Assembly (NCBI RefSeq): GCF_963921235.1
Contig: NC_086097.1
Location: forward strand, 37,636,001 to 37,700,000
Origin: Mobula hypostoma
Taxonomy: Eukaryota
DNA length: 64,000 nucleotides
Reading direction: 5' to 3'
The stretch's first letter is position 1; every line of letters begins with the position of its first letter. Positions 51,460 to 64,000 of this stretch are shown one piece after another. The position numbers and the translations under genes are program-made. A model generated the notes under the pieces. It did not search any database. It was not told where the DNA came from and saw only the letters and a program-made list of their open reading frames with translations.

Positions 51460-52962
51460 CTGGCATTGGAGGGGGTTCAATAATCCCAGGAATGAAATGG
51501 TTAATGTTTGAGGAACATTTGAAACCTATTGGATATTGAAAAGCCTAGATAGAATGGACATGGAGAGGATTTTTCCTATAGTGGGGGAGTCTAGGACCAG
51601 AGGGCACAGCCTCAGAATAGAAGGACGTGCTTTTTGAACAAAGATGAGAAAGAATTCCCTTAGCCAGAGAATTGTGAATCAGTGGAATTCATTACCACAG
51701 ACGGTTGTGGAGGTTATATAATTTGGTATATTGAAAGCAGAGGTTGATAGGTTCTTGATAGTTAAAGCTATCAAAAGTCATTGGCTGACAGGTAGGAGGC
51801 AGCGAATGGGAATAAAAGGGTCCTTTTCTGTTTGGCTGCTAATGACTACTGGTGTTCTGCAGGGGTTGGTGTTGGGACTACTTTTTATGCTGTATACCAA
51901 TGATTTATATGATGATATAGTTGGCTTTTTGCCAAGTTTGCAGATGATATGAAGATTGGTGGAGGGCCAGGTTGTGTTGAGGAAACAGGTAGGCTGCAGA
52001 AGGACTTAGACAGATTAGGAGAATAGGCAAGAAAATAGAAAATAAAATACAATGTTGGAAAATGCATAGTCGTGCACTTTGGTAGTAGAAATAAATGTGC
52101 AGACTATTTTCTAAACTGGGAGAAAATCCAAAATCTGAGATGTAAAGGGACTTGGGAGTTCTTGTGCAGAACACCCTAAAAGCTAACTTGCAGATTGAGC
52201 TGGTGGTGAGGGAGGCAAATGTAACATTAGCATTCATTTCAAGAGATCTAGAATACAAGAGCAAGGATGTGATGTGATATAAGGCACCAGTAAGGCTCAC
52301 CTTAAATATTGTGAACAAGTTTGGGCTCCTCATCTAAGAAAATATGTGCTGGTATTGGAGTGGGTCCAGAGGAGGTTCTCAAGGATGATTCTGGGAATGA
52401 AAGGGTTATCATACAGGGAATGTTTGATGGCTCTGGGACTGTACTCACTGGAATTTAGAAGGATGGGTGGGTGGTGGTGGATCTCATTGAAACCTTTCAA
52501 ACGTTGAAAGGCCTAGACAGAGTAGATGTGGAAAAGATATTTCCCATGAAGGAAGAGTCTAGGACAATAGGGCACAGCCTCAGGATAGAGGGGCTTCCAT
52601 TTAAAACAGAGATGCAGAGAAATTTCTTTAGCCAGAGGGTGGTGAATTTGTGGGATTTGTTGCGACACGCAGCTGTGGAGGCTAGATTGTTTGGTATATT
52701 TAAGGCAGATGTTAATAGATACTTGATTGGACGGCATCAAAGATTATGGAGAGAATGCTGGGGAATGGGGTTGAGGAGGGGAAAAAAGGATCAGTCCTGA
52801 TGAAGGGTCTTGGCCCGAAACGTCGACTGTTCCTCTTCCTAGAGATGCTGCCTGGCCTGCTGCGTTCACCAGCAACTTTGATGTGTGTTGCTTCAGCCAT
52901 GATCGAATGGCACTGCAGATTCTATGGGCCAAATGGCCTAATTCTGCTCCTATGTCTTATGG
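51460..52962 (+). mobile_element. Further tandem CR1 3' fragments
   Basis: RT C-terminal motifs (FFSQRVVNLW) and tail cctaattctgctcctatgtcttatgg. Confidence 0.85.
52792..52896 (+). mobile_element. ~100-bp PLE tail starting at a hammerhead motif, inserted into a CR1 3' UTR
   Basis: cagtc-CTGATGA-agggtcttggccc-GAAA-c-GTC-gactg (52792-52829) followed by the PLE tail. It splits the CR1 tail sequence ggatcag|ccatgat, with TCAG on both sides. Confidence 0.85.
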
Positions 52963-54164
52963 TAATAAATATTTTCCAATCACTTCTCCATATACCAAGG
53001 CATGTGATAACAAATGCAAAATAAGGACTACTTCAATATGTGGCTTTGATTGTAAGGAGTACAGAATGGACACCTCAGGATTCATTTAGTTATTTATTTC
53101 CTGACTTACGATCATCCATGCACCCTACAGTGCTTTCAATCAAAGTGGCTGTTCAATTACACTCCTGCCAGTTCAGTGCACATACTGTGATCTTCTGACA
53201 TCGAAGAAACCAAGCACAGATTGCGTGATCTCCATGCTGAGTTCCATTGCTCAGTCTGCAGGGTAGACCTAAATTTTTAAACTGGTGTCATTCACTGTCC
53301 ATCCCACCCAGTCTGACCTCAGTGGATTCATACACTGTTTCAATTAAGCCCAACATCAGCCTAAGGAGCAGCAACATAATTTCCATGAGGCCATATTACA
53401 ACCACTATAACTCAATATCAAATTCAACAATTTAAAGTAATTCACTTTCCCTGTTTTTATCAGAACTAGCCACTATGATATTAACATGCCTTTGTCATCC
53501 TCTTCAAATATGCTTCATCTACCAAACATCTCCACATTTCTTCTTTTGGTATCAATTTACTGTATTAATTCTCACTTGCACTCACTAAATGTCAGTATGA
53601 TAACTTACTGGAGGGCATGCTTTTAAGTATTATATAACCATGGCAAGTTTGAATTTCCCTCAACCTCTCTGCAACTTATAACTAACTTGCTTTCTCACTT
53701 TTCCACTTCTAATGAAGGATCTTTGAACTGAAGCACCAACCCAATTTCTCTTTGCACAGATGATGCCTGACCTGTTAAGCATTTCTAACATTTTCTATTT
53801 TTAATTCAGATTTCCGTTATCCATAGTTCTTTGATTTTAGGGTCATATTATCTGCTCCACATTGTCATATTGTCTGTTCACTGACATTCTGCCACCTCAA
53901 TGCATTTAATTGAATATATCAATGTTGAATTATATTTGTTGCTCTCCAGTTACTCCAATCATATGAAATAAAACCACAAAACCATATTTAACGTTAATAC
54001 ATAACTTCTGCAAGTGCTTTTTCATTTCCTCGGATTTTATCTCCAAAGTTCAACTTTCTCACACTCCTTATGTGTTTAGTTCCCCTAAATACATCAAAAA
54101 AATTGACAAAATTCTCTATTAAAATATTTTAAAAAGTAAAATCAGAGCTTATGTTTTGGTAATC

Positions 54165-56562
54165 TTCTTCATCATGTTCCTTGCACGTTACACACTTGGG
54201 TGATCATGGCTTTCCACATCAAACAATCCCATGCAGCGTCAATGATATCTCCCACACTTAGATCTGTTAGTTCTTTCACAGTGTCCATATATTTTCTTCT
54301 TTGTCTTCCTCTTCCGTGTTTCCCAGGCATACCGCCTTGTAATGTAAGGCATTCTATTTCTCCCTTTCTGATGACATGGCCCAGGAATTTAAGCTTCCTC
54401 TCATTTAAAGTTCTCATTAAAGATCTTTTTGTATGGGCACATTGGAGTACTGTCTCATTAGTTACCCTATCTCTATAAGGTATTTTCAGCATTCTTCTAA
54501 GAAACCATATTTCTGTTGCTTCTAAGTTTCTTTGGAGTTCTGGTGTTATAGTCCATGTTTCGGAAGCATACAGCAAGATTGACCAGATGTAACATTTTAG
54601 TAGCCTAAGCCTTGTTGTCATAGAAATGTGTCTGTTGGTAAAAATGGGTTTCATTTTTTGGAAGTTGGTTTTAGCAATGGCAATTCTTCTTTTTATTTCT
54701 ACTTTACTTCTAGCATCTTGTGCTATAAAGCTACCAAGGTAATTAAAGCTGGTCTTTTGTTCAATCTCTTGTTTACCGATGTACAATTGGCAGTTGGGAG
54801 TATCCTGCTGTTTTGATATTACCATACATTTGTTTTTTTTTTCACAGTTGACGGTTGGACCAAAATCTACACTTGTTTGTACTACTTTGTCTAGGAGGAT
54901 TTGTAGGTCTTCTGCAGCATTTGCTATTAGGGTGGTATCGTCTGCATATCTCATTGTTGATGTTAACACCTCCAATTTTTATCCCATCTAGGTCTTCTAT
55001 TTCTCTGAGAATCATTTCATTATAGATATTAAACAATTCCGGCAAGGCAACACGTCCCTGTCTAATTCCTCTTTGAACTTTAGTCCAACTGCTTATATTA
55101 TCATCAATTTTTACTGCCGCCGTTTGGTTCCAACATAAATTTTGAAGCAGTTGTTGGTCCTTTCCGTCAATGTTTAGTTTAGCGAGAATTTGAAATAATT
55201 TTTCATGTTGCACTTTGTCGAATGCTTTAGTGAAATCAATAAAACATAAAAAAGCATCATTTAGATATGAAAGCATATGCCCTTTCTGAAAGCATTTGTA
55301 GTATGAAAATTGTGTTCCTAGTTCCTCTATCCTCAATAAATCCCTATTGTATTTTAGAAGTTTCAGGTCTTAACTTGTTTTTAATTCGACTCAGAACAAA
55401 TCGCAACAAAATCTTTATTATGTGACTCATAAGACTGATTGTTCTATAATTTTCAGAGTCAGCAGTTCCAGGAATTTTTGGCAGAGTTATAAATACTGAT
55501 TTCAAGAGATCGTCTGGCAATACACCAGACTCATATATGCCATTAAACAGTTCAAAAAGAATACCTATGCCCAGATCTTCCAGGGCTTATATCATTTCCA
55601 TAGAAATTTCATCAGGTCCAGTGGCCTTACCATGTTTCATGCTTTTCATTGCTTTAGTTGTTTCTTCTTTGGTAATAGATGGGCCAGAATTAGGGTGTTT
55701 CATATCTGGGGGTTTCCCTTTATTATCTTCAAAAAGCTGCTCTAAATACTGAATCCATCTCTCACATACTTGATCTGGATCTATTAGTATGGGTCTGCCT
55801 GCTGATCTTATGCATCCTGTAGAGGAGGTTTTCTTAATTCCAGTAATTTCATTAATTTTCTTGTGCATTTCTTTGCTGTTGTTAATATGGCCTTCTACTT
55901 CATTGCATTTTTGATTCAGCCATTCTTCCTTTGCAATATTGCGCAATTGTCTGGTCTGTCCGTCTAGCTCTCTGTATCGCACTTCATTATTCTTCACTAA
56001 CCTTCTTTGTTCCATCAGATCTAGAATTTCTTGGGTTATCCACCCCTTGCTGATGTGTTGGATTTCTTCTACTGGGATTATCTCCTCTGCTGATTGCTGT
56101 ATAGCATATTTAAATCTGTCCCAAATAGGTGCTGTTACATGTTCGTTGAGGTGTTCTTCTACAGCTGTCTTGAATTGTTGCTTAAGTATGCTATCTTTTT
56201 TTAAGTTCACCCAACATATACTTCTTTCTCTTTTTTCCACATTTCAGCTTCTTAAAATTTTGTTTTAATGGTAGCTATTACTGGATGGTGATCTGAACCA
56301 CAGTCTGCTCCTGGGTAGGCTTTAGAATTTGTGATATTATTTCTAAAGCATTCATTGATGGTAATGAAATCTATTTGATTCCCTGTTCTATCTCCAGGGC
56401 TAATCCAAGAACACAATCTACGTGGATGGTTTTTATACCAAGTATTGGTGATCACTTGGCTGTTTCTGACACACCAATCAGTAAACCTTCCTCCATTTTC
56501 ATTTTTCTCCCCTAATCCAAAGGGTCCTATGATGTTATCAACCCTTTCCTGTCCAACTTTGG
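54165..56562 (-). mobile_element. RTE-clade LINE, 5'-truncated (endonuclease C-terminus + RT)
   Basis: NQIDFI...ADCGSDH, KATGPDEI, FIDFTKAFDKV, RYADDT, ILLYASETWT, WFLRRML, LKFLGHVIR. A few frameshifts. Confidence 0.9.
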
Positions 56563-56919
56563 TAATAAATGTTTGAAATGTTACTTCAAACAATTGAGTA
56601 TGTCAAAAGTTATGGAAGTAACGAAATGTCTAAAATATTCCGCGGGTGTGTGTGTGTGTTTAGAATGCCGGAGCAGACTCGACGGGCCGAGTGGCTTAAT
56701 TCTGCTCCTATGTCTTATGGGAGACGGAGACAGAGAGGCACGAAGATAATGTTTCAAGTTGATGACTTTTAGCCACTGAAATATGAACGCTGAATTGCCT
56801 TCATAAATATGCATTTCTCCCACAAAACCAAAATGAAATGAGACATCATTGCATATTGAGTAAATAGTGCTCAACTGTCTGCTCTCCCACAATGCCAGTG
56901 TTGGAAAAAGATTTAACCT

Positions 56920-57061
56920 TGCACGCACAGCGTTTTGCGAAAGGATGATTGAATCGGCAATCTGATGAACTGAATCGGTGGGAGATTTGTATCCGGAAAT
57001 GATGTAATCGCCGCCCACGTACGTCTTCATCGAGCGGCGACTCCCCGACTCAGTCATATAG
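56920..57061 (+). promoter_or_regulatory. Candidate DHRS7 promoter and non-coding first exon
   Basis: Small CpG-rich patch with CCGGAAAT (56993), TGATGTAAT (57000) and CCGCCC (57011), ending at donor-like TAG|GTAAAT (GT at 57062). Confidence 0.55.
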
Positions 57062-59589
57062 GTAAATTAGATAATATTGAACTGCGTTAATTATCTTACA
57101 CATTTTCATAGCGAAGATTCAGTCTTAAACGAAAGCCAGCTCTTCGCCTTTATCCTTTATCCTTGTCTTAAGCCGACTGCACCAGCCTAATTTCCTCTTT
57201 TGGCCTCTCCCTTTAACCTGCTTCTCTATTCAAGTTTTTAGCAGCCCTAATGTCACCTAATGTGGTTTTGTTTCATAATATATAATTAGGTTACTGGGTT
57301 TATTCTAACATTTAAACAATGTTTCTACTCCTCTGAAAGTGCTTCTTTTATCAAAATTATCTCGTTTTATGATGATAGGTTGTTGACCTGAAATAATAAC
57401 GCTGGTTCTCTCTCCATCAGTGCCGCCTGATGTGACGAATATTTTATCATTATTTTCTGTTTTACTTTAGATTTCCAGCATCTCCATATTTTGGTTTTTG
57501 GATTGGATTACACAGTTTATATTTGCTGCAATGTATTACTTTTAGCTTCAGTTACTCATTTCACAGTGCATATAAAAATAAGGGTACCTTTTTAAGGACT
57601 GTCTATAATATATGATCTGTCCTGATATTTTACAGCAATATAACACAGGAACTAGCCTTTTGACTGGCAATGTATATATTGCCTATGATGTCAATTTAAA
57701 TTGCATGTAAGCTGTCTATATTCATCCATAATTTTCTGTTGAAGTGTCCGTCAAAATGCCTCTTAAACATTGGAGACACAGAATGCTGGATTTTGGAGCA
57801 ACAAATAATCAGAAGAACTCAGCAGATTAATTTGCATTTGTGGAAGGAAAGGAATTATTGATGTTTTGAATCAAAACCCTTCATTGGGACTGAGTGGAGA
57901 AGCAAAATTGCAAGTATAAAAATGAAAAGGGGTGTGGTGAGAAAGGAAGCTTAGAAGACTGGAGGACCAAGGAGGGGCTGTGAGACTGAGCAGGGTGTGC
58001 CAGGTAGTGGAGGGAGCTGGGGTGTACTTGGCATACCAGTGCTGGGCTTTGATAAGTAACACTTGGTGTTCCTGTTGAGCTTCCTCCAGCAGCTGTCTCC
58101 AGACTTCGAACTCCCCTCTTCTCATCTTGCTCCATTTGTATCTCCATGTTTTATTTTCTTTCCCTGCCTGCCTTCATCAATTACTCATCTGTCTCCCGGC
58201 TCCTTTGGTTACCCATGCTATGAATAAAAAAACTTCTAAAACCACACGTGGTTTTATGATTATTGGCATTAGTAAAAACACAAAGGAGCTTTTTTAAACC
58301 ACAAAAGGGGCTCTCAAGAGATTAACAAGAATAGGAAACATAGTCTAGATGGTTTGATATGTCCATTACTTAAAGATAAGTTACAGCTGTAATTTGTGTC
58401 AGTCTGCATTCATTGATTAACCTGCTGAATTTTCAATGGAGTTGCATGAGGTGACTTCATTACATTCATCAATGCACTGGGGAGGCTATGTAAGTGACTG
58501 GTACAGGTATACATGCTGATGATGCCATCATTAAAGTAACATTCAGCCAATGCTGAATTGGAATAGCTACTCATTTTGTAAAAGATTTATTTTTATGTAA
58601 TCCCAAAGTATAACCCAGATATGATAATAGACAATTCTTGAGGTAAATATTTTTAAAAAAGGGAAACGTAAAATAGATTTCCTTTTATTGGAAATTGATT
58701 GATTTGATAACTACTGTTTTCAATGTAGTAAACAGTCTACATTGTTTGGTAGAGGTCTGCCACAATTAGCATTTAGACCTTGTGCTAAATTTCTATTGCA
58801 CACATTCTTTGTAGTGAAATAATCCAGTTTGTGCAGTTTGAGTAGTACAAAGAAGATCGTACTAAGGATTGTACTGTTGTACTGGAGTTGAAACACAATG
58901 AAGCAGTGTTGGAACACAGGCAGATTTCTGCTTTCTGCTGAAATGGTGAAATGGTTGTCACTGCAGCCAGACCCACCGGGTAAATCTACAGAAGAATGTG
59001 TGAAAGGCAGAAGATTACCCTATTTGGGACGAGCCCGAGACCAGCTCTGCCAAGTTGGACTTGGCCAACCACGTCCCTGAAGCGAAGAGCACTCCGAACG
59101 GCTTCAGATGGAGTCCACTTCTTCCCCGTTGCCACACGGGGGGGGGGGGCGCTGTTCAAATAACAGTATCTTCAGATTCAGTGAGGGTCATGACCAACCT
59201 TGCTTTGGCGCATTTGAATTCTTCCACAAGACTTGCAATTGGTAATTCCAATTTGCTGTTCCCATACAGTCCAAACCTTCCTTAAAAATACTGGATTGCT
59301 TGTCACTTTAAAAGATAAATCATCAACAGCTCTAAAAGTTTTTGAAACAATAGTCATAAGTTCCAAACAGAAAAATGAGAAGAAAAAATATTAATAAATA
59401 ATTATATTTGCATTCCTGACATAATTCCTGAGTTTGAGTAACCTAAGTTAATTTTTATACATATTTGAGTTATCTGATTTGTTAACACATTAACCTGTTT
59501 TTTTAACCTTACTTGTGAAAAACTAGAATTAAATTGAAAAATCATCCATTAAAGATTGATTTAATCACTTTTTTTCAGATATTAAAGCA

Positions 59590-59713
59590 ATGGATCTCCA
59601 GTCAGCAGTGTGTTACTGTTTGGTGATTTATGTGATTATACAATTTATTCGGTTCTTCAGAGCTGATGCAGATTTCAGTTTGTTATGGGCTGAATATCTG
59701 GGAAGTAAACCAG
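59590..59713 (+). CDS. DHRS7: DHRS7 (short-chain dehydrogenase/reductase 7) first coding exon: MDLQSAVCYCLVIYVIIQFIRFFRADADFSLLWAEYLGSKP
   Basis: Hand-translated. Hydrophobic signal anchor followed by RF.RAD.D..LLWAE..G..P, characteristic of the DHRS7 N-terminus. Phase 1 donor CAG|GTAAAA at 59714, acceptor tttttttcAG at 59577-59578. DHRS7 is head-to-head with PPM1A in human. The rest of the gene lies beyond the window. Confidence 0.88.
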
Positions 59714-60589
59714 GTAAAAAAAAAACTCAAACTTAATTCTCTTTTTCTTAAATTAATTAATCCAATCCACCAACAGGAAATTTTTCAGATTTGATTGAAC
59801 TGCATTTTTAATAATTTATACCAATTGCCTGCACCTTCATTGATAAACTTCACACTGTTGCTCTAGTTAAGTAAATTAAATGAATATACTGAGCAATAAA
59901 GGTCATGAAGGTCCAAGTCTGAATGTTTGTTAATCTCAACTGGGATGAAACTAGAACAGCAATGAGAAGACTTAGTATATCTTGAATAAAATTGGACAAC
60001 CACCTTGCTGTCAACATGTAGGCAAAAGGCATCTTTTATGCACATGTAGCAATTGTACTGAATCTTCATGTTACATTTTCCAGCCTTTTCCCTTTTGCTT
60101 GTCAGTTAATGGCATTAGTTACAAATCAGTCTTGCTAGTCAGTCACATCTGCATCATCATTCCACTCAGTAAGACCTGCTAGCTCCCAGTCATTCAATAG
60201 AGTGCTATGCTAAGTCTTTCTATCCAGAATCATTGAGTGTTCTAGCATAAATTTTATGTTAATAAGAATCTTCAAGGAAATTGGATATTGTGGAGCAAAT
60301 CAAAACAGCAAATACTGGAAATAGTTGAAGAAAAAAAAAGTTGATGCTTAGAGTCATAGAACACTACAGCACTGAAACAGGTCCTTTGGCCCACCTAGTC
60401 TGTGCTGAACCATTAATCTGCCTAGTCCCATCAATTTGCACCCAGACTGCAGCCCTCAATACCTTATCATCCATGTACCTATCCAAATTTCTCTTAACTA
60501 TTGAAATCAAATCACATCCACTACTTGTGCTGGCAGTTTTTTCTACAATCTCACCATTCTTTGAATGAATGAATTGCCTTTATTTCTTA

Positions 60590-62880
60590 CATCATTCACA
60601 TACATGAGTAAAAATCTTTATGTTCTTCTCCATCTAAACGTGCCATATGCAATTATAGTAATTTATAATAAACAGAACAGTCAATGTAATAAAGAGTACA
60701 CTCAAATCAGTGTGAGTTCATCAGTCTGATGGCCTGGTGGAAGAAGTTGTCCCGGAGCCTGTTGGTTCTGGCTTTTATGCTGCGGTACCGCTTCCTGGAT
60801 GGTAGCAGCTGAAATAGATTGTGGTTGGGATAACTTGGGTTCCCAATAATCCTACGGGCCCTTTTTACATACCTGTTCTTGTAAATGTTCTGAATCATGG
60901 GAAGTTCACAACTACAGATGTGTTGGGCTGTCCACACCACTCTCTGCAGAGTCCTACGATTAAGGGAGGTACAGTTCCCATACCAGGCAGTGATGCAGCC
61001 AGTCAGGATGCTCTCAATTATGCCCCTGTAGAAAGTTCTTAGGATTTGGGGGCCCATACCAAACTTCCTCAACCACTTGAGGTGAAAGAGGTGCCATTGT
61101 GCCTTTTTCACCACACAGCTGGTGTGTACAGACCACGTGAGGTCCTCGGTGATGTGGATGCCGAGGAACTTGAAGCAGTTTACCCTCTCAACCCCAGATC
61201 CAATGATGTCAATAGGAGTTAGCCCACCTCCATTCCTCCTGTATTTCACAACCAGATCCTTTGTTTTTGCGACATTAAGGGAGGGGTTGTTTTCTTGACA
61301 CCACTGTTTCAGAGAGATGACTTCTTCCCTGTAGGCCACCTTGTTTGAGATAACCATATAACAATTACAGCATGGAAACAGGCCATCTTGGCCCTTCTAG
61401 TCCATGCTGAACTCTTACCCTATCCTAGTCCCATCGACTTGCACTCAGCCCATAACCCTCCATTTCTTTCTTGTCCATATATCTATCCAAGTTAATTTTA
61501 AATGACAACATAGAACCTGCCTCAACCACTTCTGCTGGAAGCTCATTCCACACAGCCACCACTCTCTGAGTAAAGCAGTTCCCCCTCATGTTACCCTTAA
61601 ACTTTTGTCCTCTAACTCTCAACCCATGTCCTCGTTTGAATTTTCTGCACTCTCAATGGAAAAAGTCAAACCACGTCAACTATATCAATCCCCCTCATAA
61701 TTTTAAACACCTCTATCAAGTCCCCCCTCAACCTTCTATGCTCCAAAGAATAAAGACCTAACTTGTTCAACCTTTCTCTGTAACTTAGGAGATGAAACCC
61801 AGGCAACGTTTTAGTAGACCTCTTCTGTACTCTCTCAATTTTATTGACATCTTTCCTATAATTCGGTGACCAGAACTGTACACAGTAAGGCTAATCAATG
61901 TAGTGTTGTCGGCAAATTTAAATAGCAGATTGGAGCTGTGGGTGGTGATACAGTCATGGGTATACAGAGAGTAAAGGAGGGGACTTAATACACAGCCCTG
62001 AGGGGCTCCTGTATTGAGAGTCAGAGGGTTGGAGGTGAGGGAGCCCACTCTTACAACCTGCTGGCAATCAGACTGGAAGTCCAGGATCCAGCTGCACAAG
62101 GCAGGGTCAAGGCCGAGGTCTCTGAGCTTCTTGTCGAGCCTGGATGGAACTATGGTGTTGAATGCTGAACTGTAGTTCAAGAACAGCGTTCCCACATAAG
62201 CCTCCTTCTTCTCCAGTTGTGTAAGGACAGTATGTAGAGCAGTGGCTATTGCGTCATCTGTCGAATGGTTGTGTTGGTAGGCAAATTGTAGGAGGTCCAG
62301 TCTGGGTGGTAGCAAGCTGCAGCTGTAATCCTTGACCAGCCTCTCAAAGCATTTGCTTATTATTGAGGTGAGTGCGACAGGATGCCAGTCATTCAGGCAT
62401 GTCACCTTGGTCTTTTTTGGTACAGGGACAATGGTGGATACTTTGAAGCAGGAGGGCACTCTACACTGGGAGAGGGAGAGATTAAAAATGTCAGTAAACA
62501 CACCTGCCAGTTGTGCTGCACATCCTGAGTACTCGCCCTGGGATGCCGTCTGGTCCTGCAGCCTTGTGACTATCCACTCGTTGGAAACATCTGCGTACCT
62601 CAGCCTCAGATGACCAGGTTGCAGGTTGTAGCGGTGGCTTTCCACGGAGGCTCAGAGTTAGCGACATCGAACCGAGCATAAAAACAATTGAGCTCATCTG
62701 GGAGAGAGGCCACGATGTTGGCAGCACCACAACGTTTGGCTTTGAAGTCTGCGATGGTATGCAGCCCTCGCCACAAGTCACGTGTGCTATTCGTTGTGAA
62801 TCTTGACTCAGTCTTCTCCCTATATTGTTGTTTTTCAGCCTTGATAGCTTTGCTGCTTTTCTTGAGCTCTAGTTGATCGT
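60590..62880 (-). mobile_element. Rex1/Babar-clade LINE RT region, interrupted by a CR1 3' fragment
   Basis: [71 protein letters not shown]. Confidence 0.9.
61351..61886 (-). mobile_element. CR1 3' fragment nested in the Rex element
   Basis: Reverse complement closely matches 49300-49705. Splits TTLISL|ISNKVAYREEV. Confidence 0.88.
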
Positions 62881-62934
62881 CAACAATGTAAACTTCATGT
62901 TGTGTTGTAAGTGCTGCTTGCACAGAACTATTAA

Positions 62935-64000
62935 GTGAAGTTCTCCTCATTTTCCCTTAAACATTTCACCTTTAACCCTTAACCCATGACCTGTAGTTGT
63001 AGTTTTACCCAACCTCAGCAGAAAAAGCCTGCTTCCGTTTACCCTGTCTATGCCCCTCATAATTTTATATACCTCTATCAAATTTCCCCTCAGTCTTCTA
63101 CAGTCCAGGGAATAAGGTCCTAACCTATTCAACCTTTCTCTAAAGGTTGTAAATATTCTCTGCACTCTTTCAAAATTATCAACATCTTTCCTGTAGGTAA
63201 GAATACTACAAATTAGGCCTCACCACTAGTGTCGTATACAATTTCAACCTAATATCCCAATTCCTTTAGTCAATACATTGATTTATGAAGGTCAATGTGT
63301 CAAAAGTCTTTGTTAGCCACTTTCAAGGAGTTATGGATCTATATTCCAAGACCCCTTTGTTCTACTGCACTCCTCACAGTGTACGGCCTACCCTGATGGC
63401 CTTCCCAAAGTACCTCACACTAGTCTACATTAAATTCCATATGCCATTTTTCAGCCCATTTTTCCAGCTAGTCCAGATCCCATTGCAAGCTTTGATAGTC
63501 TTCCCTGCTATCCACTACATCCCCAATCTTGGTAACATCTGCAAATTTGCTGATCAAATTTACTATATTATCGTCCAAATCGTTGATATAGATGACAAAC
63601 AACAACAGACCTAGCACTGATCCCTGCTCACACCACTGGTCACAGCCCTTCAGAGAGGCAACCATATAGTACCACTCTCTGACTTCTCCCATGAAGCCAA
63701 TGATTAATCCAATTTACTGTCTCATCTTGAATGCCAAGTAACTGAACCTTGGGATTCAAGGTTCTTTGGATTATTCTTCAACTTGTCTGCTGCAGCAACC
63801 TCGTGTCTTCTTTTAGGCCTCCTAATTTCCTTCATGAATGTTCTTTTGCATTTCTTATACTTCAGGTACCTCATTTGTTCCTGTCTTCCATACCTTCTAT
63901 GCACCTCCTCATTTTTCTTAATCAGGGCTTCAACATCTCTTGAAAATGAAGGTTCCATAAACCCTGTTATCCTTTTATTCTTATAGGAACATGCAAACCC
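62935..64000 (-). mobile_element. Decayed CR1 ORF2 fragments
   Basis: QGSVLGLLLFVIYINDLD...ISKFADVTK; RRLRGNLIEVYKIMRGIDRV. Confidence 0.85.

Noticed and set aside
56962..57000. CTGATGA followed by a small hairpin as another hammerhead
   Set aside because: The hairpin is followed by GGGAGA rather than GAAA, with no stem I or cleavage triplet geometry.

Overview
Vertebrate nuclear genomic DNA, AT-rich and repeat-dense. The mix of CR1, Rex1/Babar, RTE and Penelope-like repeats suggests a cartilaginous fish such as a ray (inference). The minus strand carries a complete protein phosphatase gene, PPM1A (PP2C-alpha): a non-coding exon 1 in a CpG island at ~38.1-38.4 kb and five coding exons (29200-28364, 26610-26493, 21773-21662, 12293-12239, 3683-3654). 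These splice in frame to 383 aa and are followed by a long repeat-free 3' UTR. The plus strand carries the first coding exon of DHRS7 (59590-59713), absent from the ORF track and head-to-head with PPM1A as in human. About 19 kb between the genes is a nested pile of retrotransposons. The most unusual material is a family of Penelope-like element (PLE) 3' ends carrying minimal type-I hammerhead ribozyme motifs. Several are inserted as fold-back units with target-site duplications, including a perfect palindrome with 91-bp arms in PPM1A intron 2 and a copy showing reiterated template jumps. Also present are a read-through resembling the mammalian PP2C-alpha-2 isoform, a Tc1-like MITE with hairpin ends and a captured LINE tail, and an 80-bp hAT MITE. 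All family assignments are by eye from motifs; no database search was run.
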